From the IMG/VR virus record IMGVR_UViG_3300045988_098233, positions 1 through 64,000 of that record: a stretch of 64,000 nucleotides of DNA. One strand, written 5' to 3'. Positions 19,980-29,100 of the stretch are shown piece after piece. Each line of letters starts with the position of its first letter. The first letter of the stretch is position 1. The DNA is from a virus. Made by a program: the position numbers and the translations under genes. The notes under the pieces were generated by a model. That model saw only the letters and a list, made by a program, of their open reading frames with translations. It was not told where the DNA came from and searched no databases.

Positions 19980-21233
19980 TTACGCGTTGATGACGGCCAT
20001 GCGGGACGCCAACACGGGGACACAATCAATAGACATGGAGACAACCACGTCGATGCTCATGTCTGCGGTCTGGTCGGGGGTCAGCTCCAACTGAATGGGC
20101 GTGCCCTCCTCCATGCCGATGTAGACAGGCTTGTAGCCGCCGGCGGGCACCAGCCAAATCTTGTCGGCGGGCACAATGTCGATCACGCTGGTATTCTGGG
20201 TTCCCGGCACAATGGCGGTGTCGATGGGCATCAGGTTCATGCCCATGTACTCGCCCAGGAAGCCGTACCGCGCCCAATCCACGCCCAGCATGGTAGACAG
20301 GGCGGCATCCAGGTTCACGGTGGAGGCGTTCACCACACCGCTGGGCAGCGCCTTGGTCAGGGCGGAGGGACGGCCAATGGCCATCACGTTCCGGTAGCGG
20401 GTCCCGTTCACAACGCTTACCCGCTCACCGGCAGTGACCCAGTTTGCGGAGGTGTTTGTGAAGTTCATGTTATTGGGCACATAGGCGGTGTTGCCCGTCA
20501 TCTTGGTCAGGGTGCTGATCCACAGCGCGGTGATCTTGGAGTACATACCGGCGGCCAGAGCGTTGAAGAACTGACCCATGTCGGCATCGTTGCCCACCAG
20601 CTGATACCACTTCACGCTCACCCGTGCGGTGCGCAGACGGGGATTCAGGGTCACGCTCTTGTTGAAGAGGGTGTTGGCGGGCTTGGAGCGGGAAGCGCCC
20701 CAGCTGTCGTCCTCAAAGAGGAAGATGTCGTTGGACATGATGTCCAGTTCCTTGGTCTGGCCGATGGGCACGGTGGTCATCTCGGCCAGCCAGCCCAGCC
20801 CGGAACTCATAACGGTGGGCAGCATGGGGGTCACGATCTCGGTGACGATGCCGGCCAGAGTCTTGAGGTACAGGCTGTCGCTCATGAACTTGCGCTGGTT
20901 GCGGCGGAACTCGTCCAGATCAGCGGGAGGAATCTCGCCGCTCAGGGCGCACACCCGCTTGGCGCAGAAAAGCAGCAGGTTCTTCTGCAGGTTGCGGTTG
21001 GTCATGCTGTAACTGTTCTGCCCCTCGCCGTCCGCCAGCATGGCGGTGAAATCGTCGGGCTGCTTGGTCATGACCCGCAGGGCGCGCTCATCCCGGCCCA
21101 GACGCTCACGCATCAGCAGACGGCCGCAGGTCACGATGTAGGCCCGCTCACGTTCCGCGTTGCTGAACTCCTTGGCTGCGCTGTCATACACATCAGGATT
21201 GATGCTGTTCAGTTTGATTGCCATGATTGTCAC
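19980..21233 (-). CDS. major capsid protein (417 aa)
   Basis: Size and position: after the protease/scaffold and a small head protein, followed by a strong hairpin. Confidence 0.7.
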   Translation of the reverse strand: MTIMAIKLNSINPDVYDSAAKEFSNAERERAYIVTCGRLLMRERLGRDERALRVMTKQPDDFTAMLADGEGQNSYSMTNRNLQKNLLLFCAKRVCALSGEIPPADLDEFRRNQRKFMSDSLYLKTLAGIVTEIVTPMLPTVMSSGLGWLAEMTTVPIGQTKELDIMSNDIFLFEDDSWGASRSKPANTLFNKSVTLNPRLRTARVSVKWYQLVGNDADMGQFFNALAAGMYSKITALWISTLTKMTGNTAYVPNNMNFTNTSANWVTAGERVSVVNGTRYRNVMAIGRPSALTKALPSGVVNASTVNLDAALSTMLGVDWARYGFLGEYMGMNLMPIDTAIVPGTQNTSVIDIVPADKIWLVPAGGYKPVYIGMEEGTPIQLELTPDQTADMSIDVVVSMSIDCVPVLASRMAVINA

Positions 21234-21247
21234 TCTCCTCTCGTTTC

Positions 21248-21880
21248 TCAGCCCGCTGCCGCGTCAACCTTGCAGGCCAGCACGTCCACGAACTCAAATG
21301 CGCTCTGTGCGCCCTCGGTAAAGGTGCCGCCGGTGGGCTGAACCTTGAAGTACGGAGTCCCCACGTCGGTGGGCGCGGCGGTGGCGGGCACCAGCAGACC
21401 GTTGGCAATGGTCAGGAACTTGTTGGCCCCCAGAGCGGTGGACACGTTGCCGATGCCGAACCGGTAAATCTTGTTCCCGTCGAACACGATCTTGGTGAAG
21501 GTCACGGGATAGCCCTTGGGAGCGGGCAGGCCCAGCGTGTTGGCGCCAACCTTGTAGAGGTTGCCGGTGGCGGGGTCCTGAACCATGTTCACGTCGTAGG
21601 GGTTGCAGGCGTAAATGCCGTCGCCCTCGCTCTTCACGGCGGCTCCGGTGGCCTTCATGTTCCAGCTGTTGCTGTTCTTGATGGTCACGGTGGAACCGGT
21701 GGGGCCGACGCCCACATAGCCCTCGCAGTCCATCAGCTCGTCCTTCACGCACAGGAACCCGGCGGAGCAGGTCTCGTCCGCCTTATCGGCGTTCTGGAAC
21801 TTGCCGGTGATGTTCAGGGTCTCGTCAAATACGCGGTTGGTCACGCGGGGCCAAAACGCAGTCTTTTCAATGTATGCCAT
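21248..21880 (-). CDS. hypothetical head protein (210 aa; decoration/scaffold-like position)
   Basis: ORF between the protease/scaffold and the capsid gene. Confidence 0.5.
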   Translation of the reverse strand: MAYIEKTAFWPRVTNRVFDETLNITGKFQNADKADETCSAGFLCVKDELMDCEGYVGVGPTGSTVTIKNSNSWNMKATGAAVKSEGDGIYACNPYDVNMVQDPATGNLYKVGANTLGLPAPKGYPVTFTKIVFDGNKIYRFGIGNVSTALGANKFLTIANGLLVPATAAPTDVGTPYFKVQPTGGTFTEGAQSAFEFVDVLACKVDAAAG

Positions 21881-21904
21881 TGTGATTCACTCTCCTCTCG
21901 TTTC

Positions 21905-23272
21905 TCAGCCGTTCATGTGGCTCAGCATCTCCATGATGCCGCCGCCCTCGCCGCCGTTGGTCTTGGGGTTGTTCCATGCGAAGGAATGCTGCTTGGCGGC
22001 CATTTCCTTCTTGCGCTTCTCGGTCTGTGCCTTGCCGTGGGCGGCCATCAGGTCCAGCACGGCGCGGTCTGCACCGCAGAACTTCCCGTCAGTCTCCATG
22101 GCGGCGAACTCCTCTGCCCGGTCACACAGGCCCGTGGCAGTCTCGGTCATGTCGGCGTCGCCTTCCACAGAGCAGGCCCGGATGTCCTCCAAAGCGCCGT
22201 TCACAGCTTCCTTCACGGCCTCCACCCGGCGCTCATGCTCGGCGGCTTCCATGGTGCGGATCTTTTCCTCCGCTGCTTCCAGACGTGCCTTCAGTGCCTT
22301 CACGTCCTCCGCCTGCTGCCCCTTTGCGGCGCAGGCATAGTCCACGATGTCGCTCACCTCTACCGTAGCCTCCACGCCCTCGCCAAAGGGGAAAGCTGCC
22401 GTGAGATAAGCGGGCTTGATGCGGCTCTCCACCACGGTGCCGTTATCCTCCGCGTTAAAGGCGTAGGTATAAGCGCTGCCGGCAGAGTCCACGAGGCCAA
22501 CGTGCATCCCGTCCTCGCTCAGAGCGACCACGCGGTAACCCTTGAACTTTTCGGACATGGCCTCCATTGCCTTCTTGCTCATGTTGTTCACTCCTTTTCT
22601 CTTGTTCGTTTCTTTGCTTCCCGTTCCGGGGTCCAAAGACGCCGCCCGCAGTTTTAATGTCTTAAACTCTTCCTGCATGGCACTCAGCGCCTTGATCCGC
22701 GCCCCCGGAATTGCCGGCGGCACATCGTCTCCCAACACGGTTACGCCAAGACCTGCCCAATCCGTAATGACCTCGGTCTTGCCCTCCATGTAGGATTTTT
22801 TCGTATCGGTTTCGGCGGAAACATCCATGCGCCCTGTCCGCACGATCTTTTCCACCAATTCCGGTGCGTAAAACTGAAATAACCGGCCCTTTGCCCTGAT
22901 CCACTCGTTCCCGGCCTCTTCCACAATGGAAAAGTCCTTGGGATCGTCGGATAGGGTCCCCACGATGCGCTCCGCCGTTCCGTCCATGAACGTGTAGCCT
23001 TTTTCGCCGGTGTAGGGGTCCCACACCTCTCTCATGTTGTGTCCGTCTCCCACCTTGCGGCCCACATAGGCGCACAGGATGGGCTGTCCCACAAACGTCA
23101 GGTAGTGCTCCCGCATATTGCGGAAATCCCAATGATTTTCATTCAACCCGGAGCGCATGACCCACAGCTCCACGCCGAACTCGTATTCACTGAGCCGCTG
23201 CATGACCCGCAGTTCGCCGGACATTTTTACGTGCTCCGGCGGGGTTCCTCTCGTCCGAAACGGCATGGTCAC
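21905..23272 (-). CDS. putative prohead protease / scaffold fusion (455 aa)
   Basis: Positioned between portal and capsid. The C-terminal half is coiled-coil and Ala/Glu-rich, like scaffolds. The N-terminal globular domain is assigned by synteny only. Confidence 0.45.
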   Translation of the reverse strand: MTMPFRTRGTPPEHVKMSGELRVMQRLSEYEFGVELWVMRSGLNENHWDFRNMREHYLTFVGQPILCAYVGRKVGDGHNMREVWDPYTGEKGYTFMDGTAERIVGTLSDDPKDFSIVEEAGNEWIRAKGRLFQFYAPELVEKIVRTGRMDVSAETDTKKSYMEGKTEVITDWAGLGVTVLGDDVPPAIPGARIKALSAMQEEFKTLKLRAASLDPGTGSKETNKRKGVNNMSKKAMEAMSEKFKGYRVVALSEDGMHVGLVDSAGSAYTYAFNAEDNGTVVESRIKPAYLTAAFPFGEGVEATVEVSDIVDYACAAKGQQAEDVKALKARLEAAEEKIRTMEAAEHERRVEAVKEAVNGALEDIRACSVEGDADMTETATGLCDRAEEFAAMETDGKFCGADRAVLDLMAAHGKAQTEKRKKEMAAKQHSFAWNNPKTNGGEGGGIMEMLSHMNG

Positions 23273-23802
23273 GCCTCCTCTCCGTCAAACAGCTTTTCCA
23301 CCCAGTTGTCATAGCTGGTGGCGCTGCCGTCGGTCTTGTCATACATCTGCCATGCGTAGAGCATGGTCTCGTAGCTTTTGCTGTTCTCCATCTGAAGATT
23401 TTCAAATTCCCTTGCCAGCGGATACAGCCCCACTTCTTCGCTGGTGCCCACGCAGTCCCGCAAGGCATCCTCAATGTCCTCCAACAGCCGGATCACCTCT
23501 AAGAAAACGCCGTCCATGTCCTCCGGCCGCTCCCGGTATTCCGGGGTCTCCGGGTATTCCTGCATCAGGTGCCGCTGGTGAAGAATGTCTCCGATCACGT
23601 CAAATCGCTTGGGCTGTTCGTGGGCCAGACGGTGAATGGCGTCCGCCGTGTGTACCAGTCCAAACTCCACCAGAACCCACTCTTTCAGCGTGTCCAGCCC
23701 CCGTGCGGCGTTCTGGTATGCCGCCGTGGCCCGCCTCGCCGCGTCCCGCAGCGGGGAAAAGCGGGGATTTTCGTAGTGGTAAATGTCCCGCAGCTTTGCC
23801 AT
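23269..23802 (-). CDS. hypothetical phage protein (177 aa from MAKLRDIY)
   Basis: RBS GAGGAGG lies upstream of the ATG at 23802. Confidence 0.5.
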   Translation of the reverse strand: MAKLRDIYHYENPRFSPLRDAARRATAAYQNAARGLDTLKEWVLVEFGLVHTADAIHRLAHEQPKRFDVIGDILHQRHLMQEYPETPEYRERPEDMDGVFLEVIRLLEDIEDALRDCVGTSEEVGLYPLAREFENLQMENSKSYETMLYAWQMYDKTDGSATSYDNWVEKLFDGEEA

Positions 23803-23824
23803 GTGGTTTCCTCCTCTCATGTTG

Positions 23825-23899
23825 AAAAAAAGCGCTGCCCACGCCGGTCATTCCGGCGTCAGCAACGCTTTGCTCCTCCCGCTCACCGCTTAGAGCGGG
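23825..23899 (-). terminator. conserved hairpin (loop UAAGCGGU) plus intrinsic terminator module, copy 2
   Basis: Sense strand reads CCCGCUC-UAAGCGGU-GAGCGGG, then AGGAGCAAAGCG, leading into a 17-bp terminator stem followed by U7. Located directly after the portal gene. Confidence 0.6.
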
Positions 23900-23923
23900 G
23901 TGCTCTGTTCACTTTTTCTTCGG

Positions 23924-25693
23924 CTATTCGCCGTAGGTGTCGATGTCCGCCTCCTGCCCCTCGCTGGTCACGGTGCCGTCCCCCTTGGGTCTACCGCCGG
24001 GGTTCATATCGTGGGCCGCCTGGGGCGGCAGTCCGCTTTCGGACTGCTTGGCGTTGTAGCTGGTCACAAGGGGCAGCCGCTTATCCATGATGCCGCTGGC
24101 CTTGATGGCGTTGGAAATGCTCAGATCGTCCAGCAGGGAAAGATCGTTCATGGCCATGTAGATGATGGTCTGAGGCAGGATGCCGAGGGTCATGCCCTGC
24201 TTGGCCTCCTCCATCCGCTTTTCCTCGGTGGAGAGGGTCCCGAACAAACTGAACCGCCACGAATATTTCAGATTCAGCTTGTCCATAATGGCCGCCATCA
24301 TCCGTTCGTAGCCCCGGTATACGCACTCCGCAAACTTCCCTTCGATCTGCAGGGAGATTTGGGCAATGCCTGCCTTGGGGTCCTCCGTGGTGGGCACGAT
24401 GGCGGACAGCCCTGCCTTGTTCATGGCGTAGCTGTACCCGGCTGCGGAAATCTTGGTGGCGCTGGGTGCTTCTGCCAGCTGGTGCATTTTGATGTTTTCC
24501 ACAGGGGCCGTGAACCAGCCGATCCCGCTGGTGTTGCTCTCTGACAGCATTTGATACCACAGGTACTCAAACAGCCGCCGTCCCGCGTCTGAAAGCCGGT
24601 AATCGTCCTCTGTGCTTGTAATTTCGGACTTATCCTTGTAGGGGATCTCGCCGGTAAACAAGGCGATCAGGGGGTTCTGCACCAGTTCCAGCTGGATTTG
24701 CTCGTACTGGGCCATCTGCACCAGAGAGAGATACAGCCCCGCCAGCGGGGAAATGGCGTTCCGGGATACATCGTCTGCCTCAAAGGTGAAAATCTTGTCC
24801 ACCGGCAGCGTCACCCAGTAGAACCACCGCCCGTTCTGGGAGTATACCTCCGGGTCTCCCGCCAAGCGGCCGCCGGTCTGCTTCCGCCGCTGTTCCAGCA
24901 CGTTCAGGTCCACCCGGTCCCGCGCCGCGAAGATCACCCGCTTCCCCGTGCCCTCCGGTGCCCGCTCCGCCGATGCGTAGAAGTCATCCAGATAGGGCAG
25001 CAGCAGGTCTCCGAACTGCAAGGGGTCCGCCCCTGGCTGCATAAAGTACATTAGGTTCAGCGCCACCGTGTATTTCGACACGTTGTTGAACCCCACGATC
25101 TTTACCCAGTCACTGGGGAGCTGCTGTAAAAAGGCGTGGTTTACCTTGTTGTGGGGCTTGTCCACGCTGATCCGGGGATAGTAGAAAACCTTCCCCTCCT
25201 GCAAGACCTGCCCTGCGATCTCATGGGCCGTTGCCTTCGGGTCCAGCGTTTTCCGCAGCTTGTCCAAAAGCTGCCATTCCCGCAGAAAGTCCTCCCGCTT
25301 CGCTTCTTCCTCTGTGGCGTACTCCGGGGCAATGTAGCTGTGGTAGGTCAGCATTTCCGTGTACACCTTCCGGGTGTGAAACAGGGGATACGCCGTCCAT
25401 TCCAGCGCGTGAGCCACCTGCCGCAAGCCCTGCTCGTTGCCGTCCGGGGCGGTAAGCATTTCCGCCACCTTGTCCTTGCTGTAATTCACCGGCAGGGAGG
25501 AAATGGCCTTTACCCGGCGGTTCTGAATGTAGGGGTTATTCCGGGTGTAGGTGTTGCTGGCCGCCCGCATAAACGCGCCGCTTACGGCGTCCATGGGCAG
25601 GTCGCCGTACTGTGCCGCCAGTTCCCGCAACCTTCCGAATATCTTCGGGTACGAGGCGAACTGCACCGACCTCAATTCAGTTTGCAGGTCCAT
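23924..25693 (-). CDS. portal protein (589 aa)
   Basis: Size and position downstream of the large terminase, with an acidic C-terminal tail. Confidence 0.8.
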   Translation of the reverse strand: MDLQTELRSVQFASYPKIFGRLRELAAQYGDLPMDAVSGAFMRAASNTYTRNNPYIQNRRVKAISSLPVNYSKDKVAEMLTAPDGNEQGLRQVAHALEWTAYPLFHTRKVYTEMLTYHSYIAPEYATEEEAKREDFLREWQLLDKLRKTLDPKATAHEIAGQVLQEGKVFYYPRISVDKPHNKVNHAFLQQLPSDWVKIVGFNNVSKYTVALNLMYFMQPGADPLQFGDLLLPYLDDFYASAERAPEGTGKRVIFAARDRVDLNVLEQRRKQTGGRLAGDPEVYSQNGRWFYWVTLPVDKIFTFEADDVSRNAISPLAGLYLSLVQMAQYEQIQLELVQNPLIALFTGEIPYKDKSEITSTEDDYRLSDAGRRLFEYLWYQMLSESNTSGIGWFTAPVENIKMHQLAEAPSATKISAAGYSYAMNKAGLSAIVPTTEDPKAGIAQISLQIEGKFAECVYRGYERMMAAIMDKLNLKYSWRFSLFGTLSTEEKRMEEAKQGMTLGILPQTIIYMAMNDLSLLDDLSISNAIKASGIMDKRLPLVTSYNAKQSESGLPPQAAHDMNPGGRPKGDGTVTSEGQEADIDTYGE

Positions 25694-26045
25694 GCTCCCC
25701 GCCTCCCTTCATGCGTTCCCGCTCCTTCTGCAATTCCCATTCCAGCCGGTCCAGCGTGTTGACCCAGCGCTTCTCCGTCTCCTCCGGTGTCACGCCCGCC
25801 TGAGCCGCCGTCTCTGCCAGAATCATGGTGTTGCAGTCCGCCAGCCACAGGCGGTCTCCGTCTGTCAGCCGGTCCAGGTCTGCCCCGGCCACCTCCACTG
25901 CGCCCTCCGGCTTTTTCCGTCCGGTGAGATACAGCAGAATGTACCCTGCGCAGATCCGGTAAAATCGGATGCCATACGCGATCTCTTCCGTTTTCCGGGT
26001 CCGCCCAATGGCGTACAACCGGTATCGTTTCTTCCGTTGAGCCAT
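25677..26045 (-). CDS. hypothetical protein between terminase and portal (122 aa)
   Basis: Start at MAQRKKRY with GGAGG 8 nt upstream. Confidence 0.45.
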   Translation of the reverse strand: MAQRKKRYRLYAIGRTRKTEEIAYGIRFYRICAGYILLYLTGRKKPEGAVEVAGADLDRLTDGDRLWLADCNTMILAETAAQAGVTPEETEKRWVNTLDRLEWELQKERERMKGGGEHGPAN

Positions 26046-26047
26046 TG

Positions 26048-27700
26048 TCAAAACCTCCGGCCTCCCCGCCGCGCCGTCACCAGCCGTCCGCTGCCTCCGG
26101 TGCTGATAGGCGGTGCCACTTTGTTTTCCTTGAACCGATCCAGCGCCGATGCCCAATCGCTCTTGTTTCTGCCGTGGATCTCCGTCAGCAGCTCATCCCG
26201 CTCGATCAGCTGGGCCAGCCGCAGGGCGTATTTCGTGGCAGACCAGCTATCGCGCTGAATGGCCTTGGAAATGCGCTTCTCGCTCATCCCCGCCCCGCTG
26301 GGCACCAGCTTCAGGTTCTGTATCTGGCCGGACAGCTCCCGGCACTTCTGGTAGGGCTGTGCAAACTGATAATCCCTGTCATCGTCCCGGATGCGGTGCA
26401 GCCGCTTGTATGCCTCCACGCCCTCGTTGGCGTTCAGCGTCAGCAGTTCAACGTTGTGGTGCTCAAACTCCGTCTGCGCGTATTTCAGCATTTCAAAGTC
26501 CGGGTCCGTCACGCCGGTGCCGCCTGCCTTGATGGGGTAGATCACCGGAATCGCTCCCGGCAGCTCCGCCGCCGCATAGGCCGCGTGGTTCTTTACGCAC
26601 AGAGGCGGAAGGCCGTCCCCCAAGTCGGTCATCAAATCTTCCAGCACCCCGCGCCCGTACTGCCAGGAGTCAATGGCGATGTAGGTCTGGCTGCCGTCAT
26701 AACAGAACCGGTTCCAAATGGCCTTCAGCCGCCGCGCCTGGGCCTTGCTCTGGTCCGGCGGGGGCCAGTCGTCAATGTAAACCAGCTGCTTCAAAAAGCG
26801 GTCCCGTTTCAGGTATTCCCGCTGGCGGGTCAGCTTTATCACCACGCAGGCGCATTTGGCGTTCTTTGCCGAATCCTCGTAGGAAACGTCATAGCCCACA
26901 ATGTAAATAACTTCCTCCGGGTCCAGCTTGGGGTGCGGATCCTTGCAGCAGTGCTCCGTCTCCATCACCAGCACCCGCTGGGAATCCGTCAGCACCTCGT
27001 CGGAAAGCACGGGGAACTCGTCCGCGCCGGTGTACCGGCTCTCCATCTCCCGCATCCACCGTTCAATGGTCAGTTTCTCTTTCAGCTTTTGTGCCCAAGA
27101 ATAGGGACGCATCTGCTGTAAAATCACGCATTGCCACGGAATATCCACCGCAAAAGATTTTTCGCCACGCCACATGGCTTTCAATACGGAGCACCGAACC
27201 TGAAAGGCGTGGTTCTGCTTGCGCCCCGCGCTGGTAATGGAATGGCTTTTGTATGCCACAAAGTTGGGGTCCGGTTCTCCGTTTACGTTGTGCCGCAGAC
27301 GAACCGCCGGAAGTACAACGGTGGTGTATTCGTCAAAGTCGAAGGGTGGGTTTTCCTCTTGGGCGAACTCCTCCGCCGTAGCTGCGTGAATGTTATCGCC
27401 ACGCTTGGCCCCAATGTAAAAGGCGCTTCCGCCGTCCGTCTCGATCTTGAAATCGTCCTTGCTCTCCGCGCTGACCCGCCAGTGCTTGGCGAGGGCCGCA
27501 TAGTCATGTTCCAAGGCGCGGAAGGTTTTCCCGCCGATACCCGCCAGCTGTTTTAGTGCCGGTCCCACATACAACACCTGTGTTCCCGGCCACACAACGC
27601 CATTTACCATCTCCGTCAGCAGCTTTGTGTAGGTTTTTGTCATGCCGCGGGTGCCGGTGATCGCAACTTCCTGATTGCGGGCGTAGGCCCGCATCATCAT
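26048..27700 (-). CDS. terL: terminase large subunit (main ORF, 550 aa)
   Basis: Position and size fit. Walker-A-like ITGTRGMTKT near the N-terminus and a C-terminal nuclease-type region. See the in-frame TAG upstream. Confidence 0.85.
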   Translation of the reverse strand: MMMRAYARNQEVAITGTRGMTKTYTKLLTEMVNGVVWPGTQVLYVGPALKQLAGIGGKTFRALEHDYAALAKHWRVSAESKDDFKIETDGGSAFYIGAKRGDNIHAATAEEFAQEENPPFDFDEYTTVVLPAVRLRHNVNGEPDPNFVAYKSHSITSAGRKQNHAFQVRCSVLKAMWRGEKSFAVDIPWQCVILQQMRPYSWAQKLKEKLTIERWMREMESRYTGADEFPVLSDEVLTDSQRVLVMETEHCCKDPHPKLDPEEVIYIVGYDVSYEDSAKNAKCACVVIKLTRQREYLKRDRFLKQLVYIDDWPPPDQSKAQARRLKAIWNRFCYDGSQTYIAIDSWQYGRGVLEDLMTDLGDGLPPLCVKNHAAYAAAELPGAIPVIYPIKAGGTGVTDPDFEMLKYAQTEFEHHNVELLTLNANEGVEAYKRLHRIRDDDRDYQFAQPYQKCRELSGQIQNLKLVPSGAGMSEKRISKAIQRDSWSATKYALRLAQLIERDELLTEIHGRNKSDWASALDRFKENKVAPPISTGGSGRLVTARRGGRRF

Positions 27701-27775
27701 GCGCTGAAGCAGTTCTAATGTCTTAAAATCGCTGTCATCACTGCGGAGAATGTCCGCCAGAATGTCGGGGTGCTA

Positions 27776-27907
27776 ATACCAACGGCCTGTCCAGATCAGG
27801 AACGCATACCACGCATCCTCATAGTCTGCGTAATTTCTGGTTTCCGTCTCTTTCTTCTGTACCCAGCCAGAAGTCGCAGACCAAACCTTTCCAGATCGTC
27901 TTGCCAT
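27776..27907 (-). pseudogene. terL: first 44 codons of terL, cut off from the main ORF by an in-frame TAG at 27773-27775
   Basis: ATG at 27907 with GGGAGGTG upstream. Reads MARRSGKVWSATSGWVQKKETETRNYADYEDAWYAFLIWTGRWY-TAG-HPDILADILRSDDSDFKTLELLQRMMMRAY.. in the same frame as 26048-27700. Confidence 0.7.
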
Positions 27908-27935
27908 TGGTATCAACTCACCTCCCTTGTCCCGG

Positions 27936-28898
27936 TTATTTTTCCTTTACCGGCGGCATTTTCACAATGCCAAGTTCTTTGTACGACTCTTTTTCCTGTT
28001 CGTCAGGTTCCTCCGCAAACTCGCCCAAATCATCCCGCAGGCGCATATCCGGCGGAAGCGTCGGCAATTCCGAAAGGCCGTCATTGACCCGCGTTGTGTT
28101 GGCCATGTACAAAAGAATCTGTTCGGCGGCATCCTTTGTGTAAGAATACTTGGGCCGCCGGTGAAACAGAATCTCAAACATTTCATCCGGGGAACACTGC
28201 TTTCCGTTTTTCAAAAGCCCCGCCTTTTCCAGACGGTCCACAATGCCGTCGATCCTCAAGTCATCAATCGGCTTGGCATCCCGTTTCCGCAGCCCCTCGC
28301 TGGACAGGTTGTCCTGAACCATCTTGTTCAGCTTGGCCGCCTTGTCATATTGGCCGATGGCCCGCATCTTATCCCGGTCCAGCGTCATCTTCGCGCAGTC
28401 CCGCAGAATGAACTCCTGCTTCACGCTTACGCCGCCCGCCGCCATCAGGTCGCTGGACAGTGCCTCATAAATGCGGTCCAGCTCGTCATAGTCCTCAGAG
28501 GTGTAGGGGTTCTTTGCGGAGTTCTCACCCCAGTTCTTCCGCTGCTGTGCCGTCCCCACCTTCCGGTTCCGGGCGGACTTCTCATTGCCCACCGCCTTGG
28601 TAAACTCCCCGGCGGTCAGGCCCTCGCCAAAAATCTTGGTGATGTCCGTCAGCCCGTCCAGAAAGCCAAGGGGTTCTCCCCGCCGCGTGTCCAGCTTTTT
28701 CAGCCGCAGGTTGTCCAGATAGGCGATCCACTTCTCGCCTACGTCCGGCTCCTTTGGCACCGCCAGCATATCGAAGGGCCGGTCAAATTCAATGCAGCAG
28801 TAAAAAAGGGCAAGGCTGTCGCTTGTGGCACGGGCAATGGCATCATAACGTTCCTGCTGTGCAGTCAGTTCCGCTGTATCCATCGGTTCCAGTTCCAT
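27936..28898 (-). CDS. hypothetical protein; putative terminase small subunit by position (320 aa)
   Basis: Immediately upstream of terL. Start at MELEPMDTAEL with RBS GGAAGGAGG. Confidence 0.45.
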   Translation of the reverse strand: MELEPMDTAELTAQQERYDAIARATSDSLALFYCCIEFDRPFDMLAVPKEPDVGEKWIAYLDNLRLKKLDTRRGEPLGFLDGLTDITKIFGEGLTAGEFTKAVGNEKSARNRKVGTAQQRKNWGENSAKNPYTSEDYDELDRIYEALSSDLMAAGGVSVKQEFILRDCAKMTLDRDKMRAIGQYDKAAKLNKMVQDNLSSEGLRKRDAKPIDDLRIDGIVDRLEKAGLLKNGKQCSPDEMFEILFHRRPKYSYTKDAAEQILLYMANTTRVNDGLSELPTLPPDMRLRDDLGEFAEEPDEQEKESYKELGIVKMPPVKEK

Positions 28899-28914
28899 TC
28901 GCGGCCTCCTTCCC

Positions 28915-29100
28915 TTGACACTCCCCACAGCTAAAGCCGGGGCGATTCTCGGTTCACCGACTACCGCCTCCCGTTTCTGGGGGGGCTTACGCAGTCTCCT
29001 CGAGCGTATAGGTTCGGGCGTGTCCCGCCCTACCTTGTGTAGTGGCTACGCCAACAGGCGCAAGCCCTCATTCAAAATGTTCTTTGCGGCGTTCACGTCC
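28915..29100 (-). ncRNA. putative omega-RNA (reRNA) of TnpB, overlapping the tnpB 3' end and the right IS end
   Basis: Established TnpB biology places the guide RNA scaffold here. The region is GC-rich and hairpin-rich (e.g. GGCGGUAGUCGGUGAACCGAGAAUCGCC). Boundaries are not determinable by eye. Confidence 0.35.

Noticed and set aside
18558-21341. Very long antisense ORFs in the track. Examples: 927 aa at 18558-21341 (+), 325-1329 (+), 9132-10292 (+), 21227-22657 (+), 57961-59238 (-), 56044-56883 (-).
   Set aside because: They lie opposite well-supported phage genes. They are Gly/Arg/His/Pro/Val-rich low-complexity translations typical of high-GC antisense frames, and they lack an RBS. They are not genes.
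1-28900. Genome-wide stop-codon reassignment (TAG to Gln, code 15), prompted by the amber codon in terL.
   Set aside because: Portal, capsid, TMP (1621 aa) and all other late genes are uninterrupted in the standard code. I read the only tRNA-Gln in the window as UUG, not CUA. A single nonsense or readthrough site is more parsimonious.
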